Positions 50,348-60,054 of a DNA stretch of 64,000 nucleotides are shown piece by piece. The stretch's first letter is position 1; every line of letters begins with the position of its first letter. The notes beneath the pieces are model-generated. The model did not search any database. It was given only the letters and a program-made list of their open reading frames with translations, and had not been told where the DNA came from. Origin of the DNA: an uncultured Spirochaetota bacterium (lineage in GTDB: Bacteria > Spirochaetota > UBA4802 > UBA5550). The position numbers and the translations under genes are program-made. The DNA lies in NCBI GenBank assembly GCA_963827275.1, contig CAWHAA010000004.1, positions 544,001 to 608,000 of the forward strand, given 5' to 3'.

Positions 50348-51436
50348 ATGTCAATTATCGATCTGATCATCATATTCGCCACGGGTCTATCCATGGTGAT
50401 GGCACTCGGGCTTATCGTGCGGCCGCTCTATTTCCGCAACGTGGTCCTTGCCATCATCCTTGCCCTGATGGGGTTCGTTACCTTCTCGATCTACCTGCTC
50501 TATTCGCAGAAGGTATACGATTATCCCATCCTCTTTTTCTTTCAGGTGCCCGCGTACCTGTGCCTGGGGCCGCTTCTCTATTTTTACGTGGAGAGCCTTA
50601 CCGGGGACAAGGACCATCTCAAGAAAAATGATATTCTGCATTTTATCCCGCTCCTCGTGGTGACGCTGTATCTGCTCTCGTATTTTTTGTATAATTCGAA
50701 TGTCCAGAGGGAGATCGTCTATGAACTGATCAACCAGAACAAGCATATCATGCTCCGGGTGATATTTACCGCCAGCGTGTTTTCTCCGGTCATATATATT
50801 GCCGCGCCAATGGTCCGTATCGTCCTGCAGATGAAGAAGGGGAATCCTTCGGAGAAGAAGATCGTGCTGCTCCTGTCGTCTCTCATCTTCTGGGTCATAA
50901 CGGGCATCGTGGGCATTGCCGGGAACATCGCCCTTTCCCTGTCAGCCCTCAAGGCGATAAGCCTTATGGTCAGCATGGTGATCTTATGCTTTTATCTACT
51001 GAGCCAGCGGTATCCCTATTTCATGCAGTACGGGACCGTCCATGTAAGCAACGAATCATATTCCAAGTCGCATCTTAACGGGATGAATCTCGATAACCTT
51101 GCCAGCCAGCTGACAGGCATGATGGTCAAGGAGAAATTATACTGCGATGAAGATATTACATTGCCGCGCCTCAGTCAGGCGCTGGGGATAACGCCGCACC
51201 AGCTGTCGCAGTTTCTCAATCAGCACTATAGCAAGAATTTTAACAGCTTCGTCAACGGGTATAGAATTGAAGATGCTAAAAAACTGCTGGTAGATGAGCC
51301 GGACCGGAATACGTTGTCAATCGCCCTTGCGGTAGGATTTAATTCCTATTCGGCCTTCCATTCGGCCTTCAGGAAGGCAAGCGGCATTTCACCGGCGGAA
51401 TATCGAAAGAAGAATACTGGCGGGACAGGTAAATAG
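50348..51436 (+). CDS. Multi-TM AraC-family transcriptional regulator
   Basis: LGPLLYFY, LHFIP; ITPHQLSQFLN, FVNGYRI, VGFNSYSAFHSAFRK..GISPAEYR. Confidence 0.88.
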   Translation: MSIIDLIIIFATGLSMVMALGLIVRPLYFRNVVLAIILALMGFVTFSIYLLYSQKVYDYPILFFFQVPAYLCLGPLLYFYVESLTGDKDHLKKNDILHFIPLLVVTLYLLSYFLYNSNVQREIVYELINQNKHIMLRVIFTASVFSPVIYIAAPMVRIVLQMKKGNPSEKKIVLLLSSLIFWVITGIVGIAGNIALSLSALKAISLMVSMVILCFYLLSQRYPYFMQYGTVHVSNESYSKSHLNGMNLDNLASQLTGMMVKEKLYCDEDITLPRLSQALGITPHQLSQFLNQHYSKNFNSFVNGYRIEDAKKLLVDEPDRNTLSIALAVGFNSYSAFHSAFRKASGISPAEYRKKNTGGTGK

Positions 51437-51535
51437 GATTATAAAATATATATAATCATGTTTTTGTATCAGTATTTGCCATGCCATGGTCTTTATTCTC
51501 TTGTTTCTCCCACCCTTTTCCCCATTCTGTTGCAG

Positions 51536-51593
51536 ATTTATAAATCAGAAACACTAAATTGTTCCATATTTATAACCTCACGAGACTAAATTG
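51536..51593 (+). promoter_or_regulatory. Tandem direct repeat ATTTATAA-N9-ACTAAATTG (32-bp period); possible AraC operator
   Basis: Copies at 51536-51561 and 51568-51593, 100 bp downstream of the AraC gene. Confidence 0.5.
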
Positions 51594-51785
51594 CCGCTAT
51601 CTGTTATGTTCTTTTTTAAATTAGCCTTTTTAAAGCTGTGTATTTTAGGCAAATCCTCCTAAAATATGTTTAATCACTATTTCAGCTTATATGTCAGGAG
51701 TTATCCCGGCATATTTAAGGTAATACTTCTAGACGGGCTGGCGCAATGTCAGCCCTTTTTTTTTCTTTGCTGTATTCTTATCATT

Positions 51786-52032
51786 TTTACTCTGACCCTC
51801 TTTCCTCACCATTCTCCATCGCCATTTTACTCTGACCCCGGTGTATATAACTGAATCGTAATGCCTGATAGTTATCGGTACATTCTGATCTACATTTGCT
51901 CTGACACCATTCATTCAATTGTCTGTCACCATACTTCTATTGTGGAGATAGTTATCGGTATCATAGCATGCAGGGGTCAGAGCAAAAGAGAGATAGTTAT
52001 CGGTAATCCATGTATAAAGTTACTCTGACCCC
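51786..52032. repeat. Motif cluster 4: five CTCTGACCCC-like and three GATAGTTATCGGTA copies in mixed orientation
   Basis: CTCTGACCC-type at 51790, 51830, 51899, 51973 (reverse) and 52023; GATAGTTATCGGTA at 51867, 51947 and 51992. Confidence 0.88.
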
Positions 52033-52107
52033 CGGCCTTTTTGACGATTTTTATTCTTGACAATATAGTCTGGTCTAATAAGTAGGTTCCCTGTGCACCA
52101 CGCAGAA

Positions 52108-52192
52108 GCCCAGGTGGTGGAATTTGGTAGACACGCATGGTTGAGGGCCATGTGGGAGTAATCCTGTGCGGGTTCAAGTCCCGCCCTGGGCA
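52108..52192 (+). tRNA. tRNA-Leu (GAG)
   Basis: Acceptor GCCCAGG/CCTGGGC; anticodon arm CATGG-TTGAGGG-CCATG; long variable arm; GGTTCAAGTCC. Confidence 0.95.
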
Positions 52193-52199
52193 CATCAGA

Positions 52200-52225
52200 A
52201 GAGCCCCGTTGCTGGGGCTTTTTGG
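52200..52225 (+). terminator. Probable terminator after tRNA-Leu
   Basis: AGAGCCCC...GGGGCTTTTT. Confidence 0.6.
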
Positions 52226-52296
52226 ATTTTTATCTCTCAGTCGAAAAATCGTACCTGCGGGAAGGGGCCCGCAGTGATCATTCATAAAAAAGGGGA

Positions 52297-52809
52297 ATGA
52301 CAGTGGCAATAGAGCAGACACTTGTGATTATCAAACCTGACGGGCTGGTCAAATCGCTGACCGGCAATATCCTGTCCCGGCTCTCTGAGACGAAGCTGGT
52401 CATAATAGGCTCCAAGGTGGTGAAGGTAACGGAACAGCTCGCCAGGGAGCACTACAAGCACTTAAGCGATAAACCGTTTTTCGGTGAGCTGGTGGAGTAC
52501 ATCATGGGCGATGTGCATAACACCCACCGTGTCATGGCGCTTATATACCAGGGAGAGGACGCCATAGCAAAGGTGCGCGAGATTGTCGGAGACACCAACC
52601 CGGAAAAGGCAAACCCGGTATCGATACGCGGCGCCTATGGCCGGATCACAACCACCGGCGTGTTCGAAAACGTGGTCCACGCCTCTTCCAGCACCGAGGA
52701 CGCGGAACATGAGATCAAGCTCTGGTTCAAGCCCGAGGAAGTGGTTGGCGATATTTACCCGACAAAAAAAGTAGAAAGAGCAACGGTCATCGAAAAAGAC
52801 TGGGCCTAG
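52297..52809 (+). CDS. ndk: Nucleoside diphosphate kinase
   Basis: EQTLVIIKPDG, HYKHLSDKPFF, GDTNP, SIRGAYG, NVVHAS. Confidence 0.95.
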   Translation: MTVAIEQTLVIIKPDGLVKSLTGNILSRLSETKLVIIGSKVVKVTEQLAREHYKHLSDKPFFGELVEYIMGDVHNTHRVMALIYQGEDAIAKVREIVGDTNPEKANPVSIRGAYGRITTTGVFENVVHASSSTEDAEHEIKLWFKPEEVVGDIYPTKKVERATVIEKDWA

Positions 52810-52840
52810 CCCCGGACGACAACATGGGAAGGATGTATTT

Positions 52841-53488
52841 ATGCGGATAATACTGCTGGGTGCCCCGGGAGCGGGGAAAGGGACGGTCGCGGAGATCCTG
52901 ATGCAGCGGTACGGGATCAAACAGATATCGACCGGTGACATGCTCCGCGGCGCGGTGAAATCGGGGTCGGAGCTGGGGACCGCCGCGCAGGGATACATGA
53001 ACCGGGGCGAACTTGTACCGGACAGCCTGATACTGGATATCATGGAAAAGCGCCTCCAGGCGGAGGACTGCCGGAAAGGCTTCATCCTTGACGGGTTTCC
53101 CCGCACCATCGGCCAGGCCGAGTCGCTCGCATCGATGCTCGGGAAGCTTGATATGAAAATTGACGCGATCGTAAACCTTGAAGTGCCGGAAGATGTGATC
53201 ATGAGGAGGCTCGGCTCGCGCAGGACCTGCTCCAATGCCGATTGCCAGGCGATCTACAACATATACACCAAACCATCGCTGAAAGAGGGGATATGCGACA
53301 GATGCGGCAGCCCCACTGTCCAGCGGGACGACGAGACCGATGAGGCAATCAAGAAACGGTTGGCCACCTACGCGGAAAAGACCGCTCCCCTTATCAATTT
53401 TTATAAAAACGACCCTGCCTTTGTAACGGCGCCTTCGCTCAAACCTGAACCGGCCGTCGAAGCAATTGCGGCTCTCGTGGGCCGCTGA
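52841..53488 (+). CDS. adk: Adenylate kinase
   Basis: GAPGAGKGT, ISTGDMLR, LDGFPRT, Cys-type lid, QRDDE. Confidence 0.96.
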   Translation: MRIILLGAPGAGKGTVAEILMQRYGIKQISTGDMLRGAVKSGSELGTAAQGYMNRGELVPDSLILDIMEKRLQAEDCRKGFILDGFPRTIGQAESLASMLGKLDMKIDAIVNLEVPEDVIMRRLGSRRTCSNADCQAIYNIYTKPSLKEGICDRCGSPTVQRDDETDEAIKKRLATYAEKTAPLINFYKNDPAFVTAPSLKPEPAVEAIAALVGR

Positions 53489-53615
53489 CGCTTTTCCATG
53501 AGAATATCATGGAAAAAACACTTTACAAATAACCGTATGTCTCACTAAAAGTTATTATGGACCCCGGCTGACGAAGCACGAATGTTCGCCGGGGTGACAA
53601 TTGCGGATCAAAAAT

Positions 53616-53702
53616 GGAGAGATGCCCGAGCTGGCCGAAGGGGACGGTCTCGAAAATCGTTGTGGGCTTTGCTCACCGAGGGTTCGAATCCCTCTCTCTC
53701 CG
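53616..53702 (+). tRNA. tRNA-Ser (CGA)
   Basis: GGAGAGA/TCTCTCC acceptor; ACGGT-CTCGAAA-ATCGT; long variable arm; GGTTCGAATCC. Confidence 0.95.
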
Positions 53703-53749
53703 CAGGATGATGCGCCCGCACATGTCTGCGCGCGCAGTTGCTTATAACT

Positions 53750-53834
<85 letters not shown>

Positions 53835-53968
53835 AACCAGTTGCGTTCTTGCCGATTCCGAAGCCCTCCCGGCCCCGGCGGAGAAGCGGGCGGTGCGTGT
53901 TCATTGAGCAATCCGCCTCATCGGGGGCGGAGGCTGCAATAATTAATCAGGGGATCTCTTATACACCA

Positions 53969-55723
53969 ATGTCATACCAGGTAACTGCCAGAAAATGGCG
54001 GCCCCAGCGCTTCGAAGAGGTCGTGTTCCAGGACAATGTTTCAAAGACATTGAAGAACAGCATAGAGAAGGGCCGCATATCGCACGCATACCTCTTTTCG
54101 GGGCCGCGCGGCACGGGCAAGACCACCATGGCGCGGATACTGGCGAAGGCGGTCAACTGCGAAACGGGGCCGACGCCGAATCCATGCAATGAATGCAATA
54201 ACTGCCGGGAGATCCGGCACAGCACGTCGTTCGATGTCATCGAAATCGACGGCGCGTCCAACAACAGCGTCGAGGACGTCCGCGAGCTGCGGGAGAACGT
54301 GAACTTCGCCCCGATAAAGTCACGCTACAAGGTGTACATCATCGACGAGGTGCACATGCTCAGCACGGCCGCTTTCAACGCCCTGCTGAAAACCCTGGAA
54401 GAGCCGCCGCCCCACATCGTGTTCGTATTCGCCACTACCGAGATACACAAGATACCGGACACGATACTCTCCCGCTGCCAGAAATATTTTTTCAAGAAGA
54501 TCCCGGTTGATCCGATCGTCAGCCACCTGAAGAACATCGTCCGGCACGAGGGGCTCCGGATATCGGAAAAGGCCCTCTACCCGATCGCGCGCGCCGCGGA
54601 GGGCTCCATGCGCGACGCGCAGTCGCTCCTTGACCAGGTCATCTCGTTTTCGGACCAGAGCAGGGGGGGCGATGCCGAGATCGGCGAGAAAGACGCGCTC
54701 TCCATACTCGGGATCGTCCCGGTAGAAAGCTATGTCACGCTCCTCGGAGCCATCGCTGACGCCGACGCGGCCGCGCTCATGGAAGAGGTCCACCGTGTTG
54801 CGACAATGGGCGTGGACATCCCGCGTTACGTGAACGGCTTTGTCGACATCCTACGGACCGTCAGGCTCATGCGTAACGGCGTTTCGGTGCATGAGCTGCT
54901 CGGCCTTTCCGCGGAGGAGACCGGCATGGTCCGCGATATGACCGCCGGTTTCTACGACGAGGAGCTCTCCATGATGTTCCGCATCGCCGGGGACCTCCAG
55001 TCCGGGATCAGGTATTCCAGCAATGAGCGCATCAACCTTGAGATGTCGCTCCTGGACATGATCGCGGTGAAGAAGGCGCCGACGCTGTCGTCAATCATCG
55101 GCAGGCTCGAGGGGGCGTCCGGCGCCCCCGGCGCGGGGCCGGCCGGGCCGGAAGCCGGAGGAGGCGGCCAGCCGAAAAAGAGGGCCGCCGCGGTGAAGCC
55201 GGCGGAGCCGAAGAAGGAGACCGTACGCGAGGCGGTCGCCGCGGCCGATCTGCCCTCCTCGAAACAGATCTACCGGCACTGGGAGGATTTTCTCTCGGCC
55301 ATCAAGGACAGCAAGCAGTACCTCCACTGCATCCTGAAGCCGTCCACCGTGCGCCTGGTCGAGGACACCCTGCATATCAGCTACCCGGGCGGCGCAGACC
55401 ATGCCTACTATTCCCGCATCCTGGAGTCGCGCAACCTTGATTTCATCAGGAAGGAGATGTCCGGGCTTTTCGGTAAGAACATACGGGTCGTCGTCGGGCC
55501 GGAGTCCCCGGGGCAGGCCGGCGAACAGAGAGCCGCGGGGAGCGGCGCACCCGGCGGCGGAAGGGGAGGGGAGAACCTTCCCGATGATCCCGGGTCCATC
55601 CCGCCCCCGGAAGAGGAAATGCTGAAGAACCCCGGCGTATCGGAATTCAAGCCCGTGAACAGCACGGTTGAAAAAATAAAGAACGCCTTCCACGGCCAGA
55701 TTATTGATAAAGGAGATGCGTGA
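53969..55723 (+). CDS. dnaX: DNA polymerase III subunit gamma/tau
   Basis: ARKWRPQRF, GPRGTGKTT, EIDGASN, IIDEVHML, GSMRDA. Confidence 0.96.
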   Translation: MSYQVTARKWRPQRFEEVVFQDNVSKTLKNSIEKGRISHAYLFSGPRGTGKTTMARILAKAVNCETGPTPNPCNECNNCREIRHSTSFDVIEIDGASNNSVEDVRELRENVNFAPIKSRYKVYIIDEVHMLSTAAFNALLKTLEEPPPHIVFVFATTEIHKIPDTILSRCQKYFFKKIPVDPIVSHLKNIVRHEGLRISEKALYPIARAAEGSMRDAQSLLDQVISFSDQSRGGDAEIGEKDALSILGIVPVESYVTLLGAIADADAAALMEEVHRVATMGVDIPRYVNGFVDILRTVRLMRNGVSVHELLGLSAEETGMVRDMTAGFYDEELSMMFRIAGDLQSGIRYSSNERINLEMSLLDMIAVKKAPTLSSIIGRLEGASGAPGAGPAGPEAGGGGQPKKRAAAVKPAEPKKETVREAVAAADLPSSKQIYRHWEDFLSAIKDSKQYLHCILKPSTVRLVEDTLHISYPGGADHAYYSRILESRNLDFIRKEMSGLFGKNIRVVVGPESPGQAGEQRAAGSGAPGGGRGGENLPDDPGSIPPPEEEMLKNPGVSEFKPVNSTVEKIKNAFHGQIIDKGDA

Positions 55724-56046
55724 TGCTGAAGGGACTTGGCGATATCGGGAACATGATGAAGCTCCAGAAGGAGTTCAAGAACATACAGAAAAAGATCACC
55801 GACTCCGTGCTCGTGGGGGTGAGCCCCAACGCGAAGGTGTCGGTTGAGATGGCCGGCGACTACAAGGTCAAGGAGATAACGATCGACCCCGCCTACCTGA
55901 AAAGCGTCGACCAGAAGGAGCTCGAAAAGATGCTCCGCACCGCGTTCAATAACGCCGTCGATGCGGTGAAGCATTTTTCCACCGAGGAGATGGAAAAGCT
56001 GGCCGGCGGCCTCGGCCTCCCCGGCCTCGGCGGCATGTTCAAGTAG
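55720..56046 (+). CDS. ybaB: YbaB/EbfC nucleoid-associated protein
   Basis: Lies between dnaX and recR; ITIDP, ELEKML..AFNNA. Confidence 0.88.
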   Translation: MMLKGLGDIGNMMKLQKEFKNIQKKITDSVLVGVSPNAKVSVEMAGDYKVKEITIDPAYLKSVDQKELEKMLRTAFNNAVDAVKHFSTEEMEKLAGGLGLPGLGGMFK

Positions 56047-56059
56047 GCGGCGGGATCGC

Positions 56060-56656
56060 ATGAAATCCTCGGCCTATCTTGATGCGCTCATAAAAAAAAT
56101 AGCGAAGCTGCCGGGCATCGGGCCCAAGAGCGCGTCGCGCATCGCCTTCCACATACTCGGCATGCACCGGGACGATGTCGAGGGGCTTGCCAGGGCCATG
56201 ATAGATCTGAAGAAGAACACCTTTACCTGCTCGGTGTGCGGCGGCATTTCGGACGGCGAGGTGTGCTGGATATGCCAGGACCCCTCGCGGGACAGGGGGC
56301 TCCTCTGCGTTGTCGAGGACGCGAAGGACGTGCTCACCATAGAGGGGACCGGCGAGTTCCGGGGGGTGTTCCATGTCATCAACGGGCTGATATCCCCGCT
56401 TGACGGGATCGGGCCGGATGAGCTGAATATCGGGGCGCTCGTCGCGAAATGCGGGGAGGGCCCGCTCCGGGAAGTGATCCTGGCGCTTAATCCCTCCATT
56501 GAGGGTGACGCGACGTCACTCTATATCGCGCGCCTCATAGGCAGACCGGGCATCACGGTTTCGCGGATTGCGCACGGATTGCCCGTCGGTTCCGACCTCG
56601 AGTTCGTCGATACGGCGACAATCATCAAGTCGTTTGAAGGAAGGATAAAAATCTAG
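56060..56656 (+). CDS. recR: Recombination mediator RecR
   Basis: KLPGIGPKSA, C4 zinc finger, LCVVED, ISPLDGIGP, EGDATS. Confidence 0.96.
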   Translation: MKSSAYLDALIKKIAKLPGIGPKSASRIAFHILGMHRDDVEGLARAMIDLKKNTFTCSVCGGISDGEVCWICQDPSRDRGLLCVVEDAKDVLTIEGTGEFRGVFHVINGLISPLDGIGPDELNIGALVAKCGEGPLREVILALNPSIEGDATSLYIARLIGRPGITVSRIAHGLPVGSDLEFVDTATIIKSFEGRIKI

Positions 56657-56663
56657 CGGCGGA

Positions 56664-57014
56664 TCAATCTTTAAGCTTCTGTTCGATATATTTCGATATG
56701 ATGATGTTCCTGTTGTCATCGGGGCTCAGGAACTGGCACCCGTACCGCCACTTGGTCATAAGCCTCTGCGAGAATTTTACCTGTAGCTTGTCTTTCCTCA
56801 TCTGCGGACCGATCTTGTAGAGTACGTTTATGATACTGTTGTCAAGATTGTCCCGCTCGCTTTCAAAAGCCATGCCGCCCACGGAGATATTGTTGAACCA
56901 GCATTCATTGGCGTTTGATTTATCGTCGCTTTCAACTATGAAATATGACGGTTGATAAAAAGCCGCGCGAGGAAACGTCCGGTGGTTTTTTTGTTTTTTT
57001 CTGAAAATCATCAT
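56664..57014 (-). CDS. PilZ domain protein
   Basis: HRTFPR (RxxxR), NISVGG, YGCQF. Confidence 0.78.
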   Translation of the reverse strand: MMIFRKKQKNHRTFPRAAFYQPSYFIVESDDKSNANECWFNNISVGGMAFESERDNLDNSIINVLYKIGPQMRKDKLQVKFSQRLMTKWRYGCQFLSPDDNRNIIISKYIEQKLKD

Positions 57015-57137
57015 CCCCCCCCCAAAAAAAATGATACATAATTTCAATTATATAAATAATATACAAATATAATGATTTTTGTCAAACCAAGTTTTTTCAT
57101 TTTGGCGTTAAAAAGACCATAAAGTCGGGCTTTTTTT

Positions 57138-58466
57138 TTATTTTCTCCCGCCTTTCTGCCCTTTTTTGCCTTCGATCTGGATGAGAATGGGGACCCCTTT
57201 CAGGTCCAGCTCCTTTTGGAGGGATTTTTCAAAGTATCGGACGATGTCCTTCCTGAAGTGCGCCGGATTGTTGACGAAGAACTTGAACCGGGGAGGCACG
57301 GTGTCCGTCTGTGTCGCGTAATATATCTTGATGGTGCTCTGGAGCTGGGGTATGCGGTGCGACGACAGGAGCTGGGCGATAAGCCTGTTCAGGCGCGGGG
57401 TTTCGATCCTGCGCGACGCGCGTTCCTTGAGCTCGAAGGCGGTGTCGATGATCCGGTGTATCCGCTGCTTGTTTTTTGCCGATATGGATATGATGGGAAA
57501 GTCCCCCGCCTTGTAAAACTTGAATATCAGGCGGTCGGTGAAATTCGCGAAGGTCTTGTCGTCTTTTTCTATAAGGTCCCACTTGTTGATGGCGATGATG
57601 ACCGGCTTGCGGGCGGCCATGATCTCGTCGGATATTTTTTTGTCGGTCTCGGTGAGGCCGGCCTCCGCGTCGATCAGGTGCACGACGACATGGCTCCGCT
57701 CGATGGAGTCGATGGTCCTGGTCATGGAATAGTATTCGATGTCGTCCGACACGCGGCTTTTCTTCCTCATGCCCGCGGTATCGATAACGGTGATCCGCAT
57801 GCCGTGGTACATGTAGTCTTCGTCGATCGAGTCCCGGGTCGTGCCGGGGATATCGGACACCACGGCGCGGGTGTACCCGATGAGCGAATTCAGGAGCGTG
57901 GATTTCCCGGAATTGGGCCTTCCCACGATGGCGATTTTAAGATCGGGCTCGGGCCGTGCGGTCTTTTTCACCGGCAGCATGTCATGGATCTTGTCCATGA
58001 GCAGTTGGAGGTTGAAATGGGTCTTCGCCGAAATCGGCACTATGTCCTGGAACCCCATCTCGTAGAAGTTCGTCATGCTCTCCAGCAGCTCCGGGCCGTC
58101 CATCTTGTTCACGGTTATTATGACCGGCACCGAGAGCTTCCGGAGCATTTCGGCCAGGTCCATGTCGTACGCCGATGGCGCGGGGTTCTCCATGAGGAGC
58201 ACGACGAGGGACGCCCGCTTGAGATACTCGCGCGCATTGGCCAGTATCGGCTCGGACAGGACGGAGGACTCGGGCAGGTCGAGGCCCGGGGTATCGGCAA
58301 GCGTAAAGACGGCCGATTTATAATCGACGTTATACGAAAGTACGTCCCGTGTCAGGCCCGGGACCGCATCGACGATCGCCTTCTTCTGCCTGATCACGGC
58401 GTTGAAGAGGGTGGATTTGCCGACATTGCGTCTTCCGACGATTGCGACTATTGGTAAATTACTCAT
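57138..58466 (-). CDS. der: Ribosome biogenesis GTPase Der (EngA)
   Basis: Two GTPase domains (GRRNVGKST; GRPNSGKST, GTTRD, DTAG, NKWD) and KH-like tail KIYYATQ..PP. Confidence 0.95.
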   Translation of the reverse strand: MSNLPIVAIVGRRNVGKSTLFNAVIRQKKAIVDAVPGLTRDVLSYNVDYKSAVFTLADTPGLDLPESSVLSEPILANAREYLKRASLVVLLMENPAPSAYDMDLAEMLRKLSVPVIITVNKMDGPELLESMTNFYEMGFQDIVPISAKTHFNLQLLMDKIHDMLPVKKTARPEPDLKIAIVGRPNSGKSTLLNSLIGYTRAVVSDIPGTTRDSIDEDYMYHGMRITVIDTAGMRKKSRVSDDIEYYSMTRTIDSIERSHVVVHLIDAEAGLTETDKKISDEIMAARKPVIIAINKWDLIEKDDKTFANFTDRLIFKFYKAGDFPIISISAKNKQRIHRIIDTAFELKERASRRIETPRLNRLIAQLLSSHRIPQLQSTIKIYYATQTDTVPPRFKFFVNNPAHFRKDIVRYFEKSLQKELDLKGVPILIQIEGKKGQKGGRK

Positions 58467-58846
58467 TGATGGCTGCCTTTCACGGAATAGGGCAGTATCA
58501 TTTCCCCGCCCCTTGAATTCAAGCACATTCCCGTTCTAATGAGACATAAAAATTCCTTGAAAATATTCGATTGATGTTTTATACGTAACCGTGGCGGTTC
58601 AGCCGCAGGTCCGCACGCTGAATTACTATTTGAAAATGCGGTAACGGGGAGCCTGCGGCACGGGCAGAAATGGTCAAAAAAGTGATGCCGTGCGCTTGCC
58701 CGGGTACCGCTTCGCGGGTAATTTAAAGGGGGGGCCGCCATTCACTTCCATTATAAAATGATTAATTAATTCATTCGTTTATTCGATAATATAAACAGGC
58801 ATCAGCAGGTGCTGGCGCCTATACCATTGCTATCAGGGGCCCGGTT

Positions 58847-60052
58847 TTGATCCAGGTAAACCAGAGAAAAAACAGGGACTTCCAGGAGTTTGAGACGCTT
58901 GAGGATGTCATCAATATCCTGAAGTCCCAGTTTACCAACAGAAAACTCTACATTAAGTACGCCATCGATAAAACCGAGGTGAGTATCAACGAGTACCTGC
59001 CCGATGGCGCGCTGATGCTGGTTACCGATCCGAATTACAAGAACGAAGGGAACGGCATTATCATATACGGGCTGTCGGACAAGTATCTCGAGATCGACCT
59101 GGACATCATAGAAGAGCGCGGGCCCGGCTATTATCTGTGCAAGGTCAAGAGCGCCCGGCGGGCCATGCGGGGGAGGCGGGACCTCCGGTTCAAGGTCGCC
59201 CCCGATGACGTGGTCGCGACGAACTTCCGCATTTCACGCCATACCATCGATGTTTCCAACTTCAGCATCCCCACCAGCATCAAGGTCGTGCTGGAGCAGT
59301 TCCAGTCCCAGAATTCAAAGATGAGCGATGTCGTGCGCCTGGACGTGTTCAAGCCGGATGACAGGGACCGTCTCCTGCTGCAGATGAAGAAGACCGGGAA
59401 GACCCTCTGGATCGCGAATACCGCCGAACCGGAGTCGTACAAGGCGATGAACGATGACTTCGTGGACATGGGCGAGCTGTATGGCGAAGACCTGACTGCC
59501 GTGATGAAGCGGTACATCGAGCGCGGCTACCAGTCGATACTGGCGGTGCCTATCATATACATCACCGAATCGTCATCGACGGTCCCGTTCGCCTACATCC
59601 AGCTCATATCCAAGAGCAGAAATTTCACGCTCGACGATGTGCTCGAGCTCAAGGACCATTCGTTCAAGCTGATCGACCGGATCCGCGACGCCAATACCCA
59701 CCTCATCCCGATGCACCAGCGGGTGATCGATATCAGCCGCGGCGGCGCGAAGCTCAAGATCACCGACAAGAACCTCCAGAAATATATCATGCGCTCGAAA
59801 GGGTTCATCTTCGACCTCGTCTTCAAACTGCAGGCGCCCATAACCATTTTCGGGGAAGTGAAGGTGTCAGTGATTGACGACGAAGGGAGCCTCCTCGTCG
59901 GCGTGGATTTCGGCGGCAACTCGTCCCGCAAGGATGAAATGAAGCGCTACTACTCGATCCTGAAGCCCCTGGAAACCGACTACAAGGCGCGGCTGATAAA
60001 GTCCATGAAGGACCGGAAGAAAGAGACCCAGCCGCCACCCCCGCAGCAGTAA
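58847..60052 (+). CDS. DUF1577-like protein with GAF-like and PilZ-like regions
   Basis: RRDLRFKV, SILAVPIIY..PFAYIQ, DISRGG; resembles a leptospiral family as recalled, not searched. Confidence 0.65.
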   Translation: MIQVNQRKNRDFQEFETLEDVINILKSQFTNRKLYIKYAIDKTEVSINEYLPDGALMLVTDPNYKNEGNGIIIYGLSDKYLEIDLDIIEERGPGYYLCKVKSARRAMRGRRDLRFKVAPDDVVATNFRISRHTIDVSNFSIPTSIKVVLEQFQSQNSKMSDVVRLDVFKPDDRDRLLLQMKKTGKTLWIANTAEPESYKAMNDDFVDMGELYGEDLTAVMKRYIERGYQSILAVPIIYITESSSTVPFAYIQLISKSRNFTLDDVLELKDHSFKLIDRIRDANTHLIPMHQRVIDISRGGAKLKITDKNLQKYIMRSKGFIFDLVFKLQAPITIFGEVKVSVIDDEGSLLVGVDFGGNSSRKDEMKRYYSILKPLETDYKARLIKSMKDRKKETQPPPPQQ

Positions 60053-60054
60053 GT

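Noticed and set aside
36866..52032. Repeat clusters as a CRISPR array or integron attC sites
   Set aside because: At most two tandem units with ~7-nt gaps, mixed orientations, no cas or intI gene, and no clear RYYYAAC/GTTRRRY boxes.
52108..52192. tRNA-Leu as the integration site of the upstream accessory region
   Set aside because: The accessory DNA lies 5' of the tRNA, I found no duplicated tRNA fragment, and ndk follows directly downstream.
55165..55200. Programmed -1 frameshift in dnaX
   Set aside because: Only five A's before the G, not the A-AAA-AAG heptamer, and no supporting signals identified.
59867..60052. Genuine 186-bp convergent overlap of tsaB with the DUF1577-like gene
   Set aside because: Better explained by one extra base in an A5 run; TsaB similarity ends before the overlap.
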